A stretch of DNA of 64,000 nucleotides from Longimicrobiales bacterium (GCA_965248195.1 CBDFIQ010000001.1:480001-544000); one strand, 5' to 3'. Counted from the first letter of the stretch, positions 19,781 to 28,893 are shown. The notes: generated by a model not told the origin, from the sequence alone. Numbers and translations are program-made.

Positions 19781-19942
19781 CCCTTTCTCTTCGACAAGAT
19801 CCGAGCGTAAGCCCGCTGGGAGCCAGCTGCCTAACGGATCTGCGATTCTGATCTTATAAGGCGAAAGGCTGACCTCACTCGAGCGTGGCGTTACGCTGAT
19901 CTTGCTCAAAGGCCTGCGGCACCCAACCCAAGGAGGCCAGCC

Positions 19943-20980
19943 ATGTTTGTCGCAGGAATCGATGCTCACGCAACGTATTCGGTGATCGCCATCGTGAGCA
20001 ACACAGGTCAGCTCGTTGCCGGACCCATCCGGATCAAGAACACGCAAGAGGATCGGCTCAATGATCTACTGGAGCAGTATCAGCCCCTGGAGGTGGTCGT
20101 CGAGACGAGTCCGGCCTGGCCGTGGCTCTTCGATCGACTCCAAGAGCGGGGGATCGACTTCGTGCTCGCTCACGCCAAGCGGCTCCGAGTCATCGCCGAG
20201 TCCAACTACAAGAGTGACGACATCGACGCCGAGTTGTTGGCGCGTATGCGACTCGCGGGCCTCATCCCCGAGGTCCATCCGAAGTGCGTCGAGCAGCGGG
20301 AGCAGGCGGTACTGCTACGCAACCGGGCACGACTCGTACGCGAACGCACACGCATGGTGAACCGCATCCATGCCCAGATCCACAACGTCGGGCTTCATCT
20401 GGAGCGTGGGCGTCTGCTCACCCAGGATGGACGCCAGTGGGTGCATGACGTGGCGTGGCCGCTGCTCGGAGCCGAGCGGCGTCTGTTCATCGACATGCAG
20501 TGGGAACTCATCGACCAGATCGTGCCGATGATCAAAACGCTTGATCGCAGGGTTGAGCACGTAGGCCGCAAGGTCCCCGCTGTAGCTCTGCTCGAGACCA
20601 TCCCGGGCGTCGGTTCCTATCGGGCATTGCTCATCGCCACCGAGACGTTGCCCATCAAACGATTTCGTACACCGGGGCACCTGGTCAGCTACGCCGGTCT
20701 AGCCCCTCGCTCCTCACAGTCAGGGCTCCGGCCCATCCGCCACGGATCGATCCCCGCCGGGGCCAACCGTTGGCTGAGGGGCACCTTCGTCCGGACCGTC
20801 GTGAGCCACGTCACTCACGCGCCCGACAGCTGGCTATCACAGTCGTACGAACTGATCAGGCAACGGCTCGGGTGGCAGGTCGCTCGGGTCGCTACCGCTC
20901 GGCGCCTCGCTCGTGCTGTGCACGCGATGCTCCGTACGGGTGAGGTCTGGCACGATGAACCCGTGGCTCGATCAAACTGA
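19943..20980 (+). CDS. IS110-family transposase
   Basis: Same protein as copies 2 and 3. Confidence 0.96.
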   Translation: MFVAGIDAHATYSVIAIVSNTGQLVAGPIRIKNTQEDRLNDLLEQYQPLEVVVETSPAWPWLFDRLQERGIDFVLAHAKRLRVIAESNYKSDDIDAELLARMRLAGLIPEVHPKCVEQREQAVLLRNRARLVRERTRMVNRIHAQIHNVGLHLERGRLLTQDGRQWVHDVAWPLLGAERRLFIDMQWELIDQIVPMIKTLDRRVEHVGRKVPAVALLETIPGVGSYRALLIATETLPIKRFRTPGHLVSYAGLAPRSSQSGLRPIRHGSIPAGANRWLRGTFVRTVVSHVTHAPDSWLSQSYELIRQRLGWQVARVATARRLARAVHAMLRTGEVWHDEPVARSN

Positions 20981-21142
20981 GATGACACACGATGATGGAC
21001 CGTACCACGACAGGGGTGAGCTCCGCGCGCAGCATGTCGCACGACGACCCTCAGATTCTGATTGAGCCCCCCGCTCGCATAGCAGATCTTCGGACATCCC
21101 CGCGGAACCTGTCAACGACAATGGGACACTCTACGGGATTAA

Positions 21143-22150
21143 TTAGAGAGCAATATCCTGTGTGGTGAGGGAAGGGATGGGAGGATTGATGTAGACGGCC
21201 TCCGGGAGCGGTTTGGGCTTCGGCACACCTGTGACGAAGCGTTCGGGATGAGCGGCCCATGCTTCGCGGAGCACGGATTTCCTGCCGGCAATGACCTGAT
21301 CGGCGTTCCCGAAGTGGACCTGCTCGGGGGTTAGCATCGAGATACCGCCATGGCGGTGCTCGGCATTGTACCAGCGGAAGAACGATCGACACAACGTCTT
21401 GGCCTGGCCCTGATCCCCGAACCGCCCGGGAAACGAGGGATGGTACTTCAAGGTTTTGAACTGAGCCTCGGAAAACGGGTTGTCATCCGACACCTGAGGC
21501 CGGCTCAACGAGCGAGTCACGCCGAGGTCAGCGAGAAGTTGAGCGGTGCATTGGCTCGTCATTGGAGCTCCCCGATCCGAGTGCAGGGTCAGGACCCGGG
21601 GCTGGACGCCATGCTTCAGGCAGCTCTGCTGGATCAACCGGCCGGCCAGGGCCGAGTTCTCCCGGTCCGCCACCATCCAGCCCACGACGTAGCGGCTGTA
21701 GATGTCCATGATGACGTAGAGGTAGTAATAGCTCCACTTCTTCGGCCCGAGTAGCCGCGTGATATCCCAGGACCACACCTGGTTCGGCGCCGTGGCCATC
21801 AACTCGGGCTTCTTGTACTCGGGATGGGTGCGCTGCGCCCGGCGTTCCTGAACCGGCACCTCGGAGGCCAGAACACGATACATCGTGCGTTCGCTGCACA
21901 GGTAGACCTCTTCGTCGAGCAGCGTGGCCACCACCTCGGCGGGTGAGCGGTCCACGAACCGCTCCGAACACAGCGTGTCGAAGACCTCGCCTCGTTCCGT
22001 CTCGCTCAATGCCCGGGCGGGCGTCGGGCGGGGCTGCCGTTGCCCGGTCGATGGGCCTCGACGACGGTAGAACGTCGATCGGGAGACCTCGAGAGCCGCG
22101 CACGCCGGTTTTACACCGACGTGCTTAGCCAGCTCATCGGCCGCCTTCAA
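21143..22150 (-). CDS. IS3-family transposase OrfB
   Basis: Same protein as other copies. Confidence 0.9.
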   Translation of the reverse strand: MKAADELAKHVGVKPACAALEVSRSTFYRRRGPSTGQRQPRPTPARALSETERGEVFDTLCSERFVDRSPAEVVATLLDEEVYLCSERTMYRVLASEVPVQERRAQRTHPEYKKPELMATAPNQVWSWDITRLLGPKKWSYYYLYVIMDIYSRYVVGWMVADRENSALAGRLIQQSCLKHGVQPRVLTLHSDRGAPMTSQCTAQLLADLGVTRSLSRPQVSDDNPFSEAQFKTLKYHPSFPGRFGDQGQAKTLCRSFFRWYNAEHRHGGISMLTPEQVHFGNADQVIAGRKSVLREAWAAHPERFVTGVPKPKPLPEAVYINPPIPSLTTQDIAL

Positions 22151-22596
22151 GAGTTCGTCCCGTCGTCGAGGCTTATCCCCAGCAGCCCCGCAACTTTTCC
22201 CTGCACGTCGATGATCAGGTGTGCCTTCCTGAGCTCATTCTCGAGCCGTGCGTTTTGCCGCTCCAGCTTGCGTACCTTCTCATCCAGCGGATTCCGCTCC
22301 GGCTTGCGGCCGCGTTTCTTCGACAGGGCCTTCAGCGACCCGCTATGCGCCGCCTTGCGCCACGTCGTCAGGTGCGACGAGTACAGGCCCTCGCGCCGCA
22401 GGAGCTGACCCACCTCGCCGGGCTCGGTGCACCGGTCCGCTTCTTCGACGATCCGCAGCTTGTACGATGGACTGAACCGCCGGCGTAGCGGCCTATCTAC
22501 TACCTCCGGGTCCGCAGGAGCTGCCGCGCTTCGCTTGGCCTCCCCGATTCCAGGGGCACTACCATTCTCTTCCATTCTCTCTCGCAGTCCCAACAT
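22147..22596 (-). CDS. IS3-family transposase OrfA
   Basis: Same protein as other copies. Confidence 0.85.
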   Translation of the reverse strand: MLGLRERMEENGSAPGIGEAKRSAAAPADPEVVDRPLRRRFSPSYKLRIVEEADRCTEPGEVGQLLRREGLYSSHLTTWRKAAHSGSLKALSKKRGRKPERNPLDEKVRKLERQNARLENELRKAHLIIDVQGKVAGLLGISLDDGTNS

Positions 22597-22966
22597 GTTC
22601 GTTTTCTCTGCCTTCGCCCTACTCTAATTCTTTGCGTGCTCCGTGTCTCACGTACGTTGGCAGAGAGGGCCGCGCTGGGATGAAACCTGAATAGATGCCT
22701 GAGTTCCTCGTGAGAGGAGACTCACCCAAGATCGGACGCGACGTTGGTACTGAAGGATGAAAAACGGAAGATGATCACGCAGGCCTTGAGCTACAGACCA
22801 GTGGACCGAGCCACCCCTCCGGGACCCCGGACGGGTAAGGGAGGGCTACGCCCTGTTGACTCCCTTCACCTTATAGATGCTGCGCGGCTAAGATGCCCTC
22901 CGCAAGCGGAGCGCGCGACCCTCCCGTTCTCGCGACTGCAGCAATCGCTTGTTAGATGGCGGCGGG

Positions 22967-23513
22967 GGTACGCTGACCCATGATAGGTAACACTTTGCTG
23001 AACCATGATGGGTGACAGTCTCAGATCCTAACATGGGCCTCCACAAGGAGGCGCCATGCCATGGTTGGAGACCGATCCCATGAACGAACGAAAGCGATTC
23101 ATTCTCGAAGCTGCCGCCGGCCTGTTCTCGCACACGGAGCTCTGCCTGCGTCACGGCGTCAGCCGTAAGACCGGCTACAAGTGGCTCGAACGCTACGAGT
23201 CTGAGGGACCCGACGGCCTCGGAGATCGCCCTCATCGTGTCCGGGCGCATCCACACACCACCGAGCCACACGTAGTCGATGCCGCCTTGGAACTCCGCGG
23301 ACAGCGGCGACGCTGGGGTGCCGACAAGATCCGCGCTCGGCTGCTGACTCTGCACCCTGACTGGAGTGTCCCCTCCGCCCGCATCCTCCACAAGTACTTC
23401 CTCCGCGGGGGACTCGTGAAGAAGCCGCGCAGGAGTCGTAGGCGTCCGCATCCAGGCAAGCCCACAGCTCCCTTCGACGCACCCAACGCCATCTGGTCGG
23501 CTGACTTCAAGGG
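22967..23513 (+). mobile_element. IS481-family element, 5' fragment (ORF from 23056, truncated by IS256)
   Basis: MPWLETDPMNER...GVSRKTGYKWLERY...WSADFKG. Confidence 0.9.
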
Positions 23514-24889
23514 GGTAGTGTCCCTAGATTTGTGTAAAAGCGGATAAGCTGGACAGGAGGGAAAGAAAAACGGAAGCTCCTCTGTTGTTGTTCACTGTCA
23601 CATGAACCCGGGAGTCCGGGTCTGCAGAGCAGGCTCGGAACCGGAGAGGAGCTTCCGATGCAAGAGATTGTGGAGATCGGTCGGGCCACGCAAGACGAGC
23701 TACGCGATGATTTGCGCGAGCTGTTTCAAGGCGCGATCCGGCTGACGCTCGAGATGGTGCTGGAAGAGGAGCTGAAGGCCATGGTAGGTGCACGCCGCTT
23801 CGAGCGGGTGGGAAGCCGGAAGGACCATAGGAACGGCACATACCTGAGGCGGCTGCTGACGAGCCTGGGGCAGATCGAGGTCGCCATGCCCCGGAGCCGG
23901 GACAACGGTTCGCCGGCCGACGTGATCGGCCGCTACCAGCGCAGGAGCCCCGAGCTCGACGAGATGATGGTCGAGGCGTATGTGAGCGGCGTGTCACAGC
24001 GCAAGATGGGCGACGTCACCGAGGCGCTGATGGGCGAGCGTGTTGGGCGCTCGACGGTGAGTCGTGTGGCAAAACGGCTCGACGAGGCCGTGGAAGGGCT
24101 GCGCCGTGCGCCGATCGAGGGGCCTCACCCCTATCTGTACCTGGACGCCACGTTCTTGGACGCCCGCTGGGCCCGCAAAGTCGAGAACGTGAGTGCGCTC
24201 GTGGCGTATGCAGTGGGCCCTGAGGGTCACCGACGGCTCCTGGCCGTCACGCTGGGCGCTGAGGAGTCGCAGCAGAGCTGGTCGGAGCTCCTCGAGCAAC
24301 TCCAGGACCGCGGCCTCGGCGGTGTCGAGCTCGTGATCGCCGATGAGCACGCAGGCCTGGCAGCTGCGGTCCGCCGCTTCCTGCCCGAGGCACGCCGTCA
24401 GAGGTGTACGGTCCATCTGCAGCGTAATGTGGGGGCGAGGGTCCCCCACCGCCTACGCAAGCGCGTGGCGCGTGAGGTCTCGGTGATCTTCCAGACATCC
24501 GGACTCGCCGAGGCGAAGAAGCTCCTGGGCGAGTTCGGCGCACGCTGGAAGAAGGAGCTGCCCGAGGCCGTGGAGGTCCTGGAGCGGGGCTTCGGGGCAG
24601 CGACGCAGTTCTACGCGTTCCCCGAGGCGCACTGGCCCCGGCTGCGTACCACCAACAGCCTCGAGCGGCTGCACGGCGAGATCAAACGCAGGATCAAGGC
24701 CGCCGGCGCCTTCCCGGACCGGGCCAGCGCCCTCAGGCTCATCACGGCCGTCGCACTCAGGACCACACACGTCTGGGGCGACCGGCGTTACCTCGACCTC
24801 TCACTCCTCCAGAAACAGGAGGTCGCCCAAGCAGCCTAGCCGAAGGCGAGGAGCTTCCTCCGCTTTTACACACAAATCGGGACTTGACC
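23514..24889 (+). mobile_element. IS256-family element with non-matching flanks
   Basis: Same 1376-bp element; no TSD. Confidence 0.95.
23658..24839 (+). CDS. IS256-family transposase
   Basis: Same protein as 3169-4350. Confidence 0.95.
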   Translation: MQEIVEIGRATQDELRDDLRELFQGAIRLTLEMVLEEELKAMVGARRFERVGSRKDHRNGTYLRRLLTSLGQIEVAMPRSRDNGSPADVIGRYQRRSPELDEMMVEAYVSGVSQRKMGDVTEALMGERVGRSTVSRVAKRLDEAVEGLRRAPIEGPHPYLYLDATFLDARWARKVENVSALVAYAVGPEGHRRLLAVTLGAEESQQSWSELLEQLQDRGLGGVELVIADEHAGLAAAVRRFLPEARRQRCTVHLQRNVGARVPHRLRKRVAREVSVIFQTSGLAEAKKLLGEFGARWKKELPEAVEVLERGFGAATQFYAFPEAHWPRLRTTNSLERLHGEIKRRIKAAGAFPDRASALRLITAVALRTTHVWGDRRYLDLSLLQKQEVAQAA

Positions 24890-25584
24890 GCCGAACTCAC
24901 GGAAAAGGCGAGTAAAGACGCGACGGGAGGCGGAGTAGGTGGTGCCCTCGAGCCCCTGGCAGGCGAGCAGATAACGACTGAAGCCATCCTGGACGGTGAG
25001 TGGGTAGCAGTAACAACCGTCGAGGGTCTTGAACTGACCCTTGAAGTCAGCCGACCAGATGGCGTTGGGTGCGTCGAAGGGAGCTGTGGGCCTGCCTGGA
25101 TGCGGACGCCTACGACTCCTGCGCGGCTTCTTCACGAGTCCCCCGCGGAGGAAGTACTTGTGGAGGATGCGGGCGGAGGGGACGCTCCAGTCAGGGTGCA
25201 GAGTCAGCAGCCGAGCGCGGATCTTGTCGGCACCCCAGCGTCGCCGCTGTCCACGGAGCTCCAAGGCGGCATCGACTACGTGTGGCTCAGTGGTGTGTGG
25301 ATGCGCCCGGACACGATGAGGGCGATCTCCAAGGCCGTCGGGTCCCTCAGACTCGTAGCGTTCGAGCCACTTGTAGCCGGTCTTACGGCTGACGCCGTGA
25401 CGCAGGCAGAGCTCCGTGTGCGAGAACAGGCCGGCGGCAGCTTCGAGAATGAATCGCTTTCGTTCGTTCATGGGATCGGTCTCCAACCATGGCATGGCGC
25501 CTCCTTGTGGAGGCCCATGTTAGGATCTGAGACTGTCACCCATCATGGTTCAGCAAAGTGTTACCTATCATGGGTCAGCGTACC
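24890..25584 (-). mobile_element. IS481-family element, inverted 5' fragment (ORF from 25495, truncated by IS256)
   Basis: Near-identical reverse complement of 22967-23513, extending to LFREFG. Confidence 0.9.
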
Positions 25585-25593
25585 GTGAGCACT

Positions 25594-25609
25594 GTCTAAC
25601 AAGCGATTG
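25594..25609 (+). repeat. attC inverse-core remnant in plus orientation
   Basis: GTCTAACAAGCGATTG matches the start of the family top strand. Confidence 0.6.
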
Positions 25610-25628
25610 AAATGAGGGAGCGTAGAAC

Positions 25629-26045
25629 GTGAATTCGGACCGAGCGGCCACCCCTCACCTTCCGCGCCCGGTTTTGCTCTTTTCCGGAGGCTGACGGTTT
25701 TGTCGTTGGTCGGCGCGGGTCGTCGCTAGGTTGGACCGCCACCAGGAGCTAGCGCTGCTTCCGCTCAGCGACGAAGAGGCTGGGCCTTTGCTGGCCTCCG
25801 TGCCGGAGGACAAGCGAGGGGAATGTTGGTGGCTCATACTCCGCGATGGCACTGCTGTCGAGGGGGATCTAGGTGGAGGAGTGATGCTCCTTGCGGAGAT
25901 GCGTCTCACCCGTCCGCTGGGCCGCGTCCTTCGCGCGGTACGACTCTCTCCGGTGATTGACGCGCTTGACAGGGCCTTGGCCCGGAACCGTGCGCGCCTC
26001 GGCCGCTTCGTCCCGGAGGGCCCCGCACCGCGGCGATATCCCTGA
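25629..26045 (+). CDS. DCC1/DUF393-like thiol-disulfide oxidoreductase with in-frame TGA at 25692-25694 (candidate selenocysteine)
   Basis: GTG 25629 with GGGAG RBS; reads PVLLFSGG*RFCRWSARVVARLDR...LALLPL; hairpin starts 11 nt after TGA. Confidence 0.7.
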
Positions 26046-26067
26046 TGTGGCTCGGCCCTTCTGCGCC

Positions 26068-26227
26068 ATTTAACAAGCGATCACTACCGACGCGGTAGCC
26101 ATCAGGCTCGCGCGCGGCGCTTGCGGTCGGCACATTAGCCGCGTAGCAGAGCCGGAGGCACACATCGCGTGCCGGAGACGACCGAGCACCGCGAAGCGGG
26201 CGGAGATCAATCGCAGATCCGTCCGGC
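26068..26227 (+). repeat. Degenerate attC site 9 in plus orientation with an insertion of about 58 bp
   Basis: ATTTAACAAGCGATC...CCGCGTAGCAGA [insert] AATCGCAGATCCGTCCGGC. Confidence 0.7.
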
Positions 26228-26292
26228 AGCGTGAGAGATGAGCCGGACGCACAAGGCGGGCGTGAAACACAGACAGAAGCAAGACACCATCG

Positions 26293-27093
26293 ATGACAGT
26301 ACTAGTGGTTGGAGCGACAGGTAAGACGGGGCGGGCCCTAGTGGAGCAGTTGCTGGGCAAGGGTCACGATGTTCGCGCTATTGTCCGCTCGCCTCGCAAA
26401 CTCCCCGCGAAGGTTCGGGATCACCCAAACGCGACAGTCATAGAGGCGAGTGTGCTCGACTTGACTGATGAGGAGATGGCAGAGCATGTAAGGGACTGTG
26501 ATGCCGTGGTCTCGTGCTTGGGGCATGTAATGGATCTAAAGGGGATGTTTGGAGACCCTAAGAGGCTGTGCACAGACGCGACGCGCCGACTGTGTGATGC
26601 AATCGAGAAGAATCGCCCCACCAAACCCACCAAATTCATCCTCATGAACACGGTTGCGGTCCAGAATCCCGACCTCGAAGAGAAGAGAGCCTGGTTCGAG
26701 CGTTGGCTCCTGGCTCTCTTGCGCCACACCCTGCCTCCGCATCGGGATAATGAAACTGCGGCAGAGCATCTCCATCAGAGCGTGGGGAAGGAGAGTAAAC
26801 ACGTTGATTGGTGCGGCGTCCGCCCAGATTCGTTGGTCGACGCTGAGATTTCTTCGTATGACATAGAAGAGTCCCCCTCCACCAGTATTCTCACTGGCCG
26901 CCCTACCGCCCGAGCCAATGTAGCTCACTTCATGGTCGAGCTCGTCGAGAACGCAGAGCTTTGGAGCACATGGCGGTTCGGGATGCCGGTCATAATGAAC
27001 TCCAACGGGAGAAGCGAATGGGCAGTTCAGATCAGCTGGGCCGGATGTGGAAATGTGGTCTTAAGGATTCTCACGAGATGGAGAGAGAGATGA
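26293..27093 (+). CDS. NAD(P)H-binding Rossmann-fold protein (atypical SDR)
   Basis: VLVVGATGKTG, DAVVSCLG, VRP, RANVAHFM. Confidence 0.9.
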   Translation: MTVLVVGATGKTGRALVEQLLGKGHDVRAIVRSPRKLPAKVRDHPNATVIEASVLDLTDEEMAEHVRDCDAVVSCLGHVMDLKGMFGDPKRLCTDATRRLCDAIEKNRPTKPTKFILMNTVAVQNPDLEEKRAWFERWLLALLRHTLPPHRDNETAAEHLHQSVGKESKHVDWCGVRPDSLVDAEISSYDIEESPSTSILTGRPTARANVAHFMVELVENAELWSTWRFGMPVIMNSNGRSEWAVQISWAGCGNVVLRILTRWRER

Positions 27094-28337
27094 GCCGAAT
27101 CACAATTACCGCGATCGTGACGTTCGCCCTCGGCAGCCTGTCGGCGAACGGATCTTCCCAAGCTCTCCCCTGGGTAGCGCCCGAATCCGTCGGCATATCC
27201 GCTGAACGACTCAGCCGGGTGGATGCTCTCTTCGAGTCGTATATCGCTGATGGCCGAATGGCCGGAGTCGTTGTGGCGATCGCGAGGAAGGGAAGGCTGG
27301 CTCACTTTCGGACCCTCGGTCGGATGGATATGGCGAAGGATCCGCCAATGAGAGAGGACGCCATATTCCGGATGGCTTCAATGACCAAGCCCATTACGAG
27401 CGTCGCCGTTCTGATGCTCCACGAGGAGGGGCATTTTCAGCTCGAGGATCCCGTGTCTTGGTATATCCCCGAACTTTCCGGAATGTGGCCTGAGACGACG
27501 CCAGCCCAGGAAGGCGAAGTACGGGAGATGACCGTCAGGGATCTGCTGACCCACACGGCGGGACTGCCGGCGAGCGGGCGTGATCCCCGGCATGACCAGG
27601 TGTGGGACGACGCTGATCTAACGCTCAAGCAGATTATGGCTGGGATCGGCAAGCATCCCCTGGCGTATGCTCCCGGAACAGAGTGGAGATATAGTCGCGC
27701 GACAAGCGTCCTGGGGTATCTCGTAGAGGTCCTGTCTCACCAGCCTTTCGAGGCGTTTCTCGAGGAGCGGATCTTTCGGCCGCTCGGAATGGTGGATACC
27801 GGTTTCTTCGTTCCGGAGGTGGAGTCCCATAGGCTACCGGCAGCCTACGCGGTCAATGAAGAGAGTGTGACCGAGGAACTATGGCCGCAGCCGCGAGCTC
27901 AGGATCTGCAGCTCCCCAACGCACCGCTCGGAAGCGGCGGTCTCTTCTCAACGGCCAATGATTACCTTCGCTTTTCGCAGATGCTTCTGAACGGAGGTGA
28001 TCTCGACGGCGTTCGCCTGCTAAGCCCCAAGACAGTCGAGCTCATGATCACGGATCACCTCCCTCCTGGAGTGGACCTTCCAGTCCGGTTTGGCCGGCGA
28101 TATCGACTGGCGGGCTACGGCTTCGGACTGGGCGTTCGCGTAAGAGACGACCTCGCCGAATCACAAATGCCGGGCAGCCTCGGGGAGTATGGTTGGGGCG
28201 GCGCGTATGGAACGTATTTTCTTATCGATCCCAAAGAAGAGCTTGTGGCGATGTTCCTGCCACAGCTGCGCGGGTCGGCCTTTTTCCCGATCCGTCGACA
28301 ATTCAACAACGCCGTATATCAGGCGCTCGTGAACTGA
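27090..28337 (+). CDS. Serine hydrolase, beta-lactamase/AmpC-like family, secreted
   Basis: ASMTK (SxxK), LLTHTAG, WRYS, GWGG; ATGA overlap with the previous gene. Confidence 0.92.
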   Translation: MSRITITAIVTFALGSLSANGSSQALPWVAPESVGISAERLSRVDALFESYIADGRMAGVVVAIARKGRLAHFRTLGRMDMAKDPPMREDAIFRMASMTKPITSVAVLMLHEEGHFQLEDPVSWYIPELSGMWPETTPAQEGEVREMTVRDLLTHTAGLPASGRDPRHDQVWDDADLTLKQIMAGIGKHPLAYAPGTEWRYSRATSVLGYLVEVLSHQPFEAFLEERIFRPLGMVDTGFFVPEVESHRLPAAYAVNEESVTEELWPQPRAQDLQLPNAPLGSGGLFSTANDYLRFSQMLLNGGDLDGVRLLSPKTVELMITDHLPPGVDLPVRFGRRYRLAGYGFGLGVRVRDDLAESQMPGSLGEYGWGGAYGTYFLIDPKEELVAMFLPQLRGSAFFPIRRQFNNAVYQALVN

Positions 28338-28359
28338 GCGGGAAACCTGGGGACATGAC

Positions 28360-28893
28360 ATGACTGAACAACAAGGCAAATCGCTGACTAGACGGTATCG
28401 TGGTGCGATTCTTGGGATAGTAGTTGCGGGTCTGTTGGTCACAGCGTTTCTAGGGTGGTCCATGACATGCCCCTGTGAGCGAACGCCTGGAGGTTATTTG
28501 TTCGGTGGCAGCGCTGAGGAACAGATTGCCGATTGGTCTTTCGCCAACGATGTCCCTCTGTGTCAGATTCAAGTCGGCGCCGGCCTGCTGCCTTACTCAA
28601 TCAACCTCAACTGTATGGCAACGAGCACCGGAGAACTTTATCTCAGCTGTGGCCAGTGCGATGCCAAACGGTGGGGCGGTGTAGTGCTTGACAACAGCAG
28701 CCTTAGAATGCGACTGGACGGGACTGTATACCCTGTGACTGCTATCCGGGTACTGGATCCAAACGAACTAGATCGTGCGTGGGACGCGAGGGTGGACAAG
28801 CTGCAGGTTCACAGTTCACCTATAAACCCGGCAGTACCTGTTGGCACACCCCGTCCGGATCATTGGTGGTCGTTCCATGTGGTAGCCCGTTAA
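28360..28893 (+). CDS. Hypothetical membrane-anchored, Cys-rich protein
   Basis: N-terminal TM; CPC and CGQC. Confidence 0.75.
   Translation: MTEQQGKSLTRRYRGAILGIVVAGLLVTAFLGWSMTCPCERTPGGYLFGGSAEEQIADWSFANDVPLCQIQVGAGLLPYSINLNCMATSTGELYLSCGQCDAKRWGGVVLDNSSLRMRLDGTVYPVTAIRVLDPNELDRAWDARVDKLQVHSSPINPAVPVGTPRPDHWWSFHVVAR

Larger units (their letters stand above)
21104..22669 (-). mobile_element. IS3-like element copy 3, complete, 4-bp TSD CCGC
   Basis: Same ends as copy 2; CCGC at 21100-21103 and 22670-22673. Confidence 0.93.
19851..22877 (+). mobile_element. IS110-family (IS1111 group) element copy 4; right non-coding end interrupted by the IS3-like element
   Basis: 1457 bp plus 1566-bp insert plus 4-bp TSD. 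Confidence 0.95.
19829..22957 (-). repeat. attC site 8, split by IS1111 copy 4
   Basis: GCCTAAC...GATTCTG | IS | TGCTGCGCGG...GTTAGAT. Confidence 0.9.

Noticed and set aside
19781..20047. N-terminal extension of the MBL hydrolase ORF (also ORFs 9496-9807, 14582-14920, 17233-17472)
   Set aside because: Antisense read-through of the IS1111 left end and attC arm
7178..22957. Recurrent palindromic repeats as a CRISPR array or REP elements
   Set aside because: Units are about 101 bp with RYYYAAC/GTTRRRY ends separated by whole genes; no short spacers or cas genes
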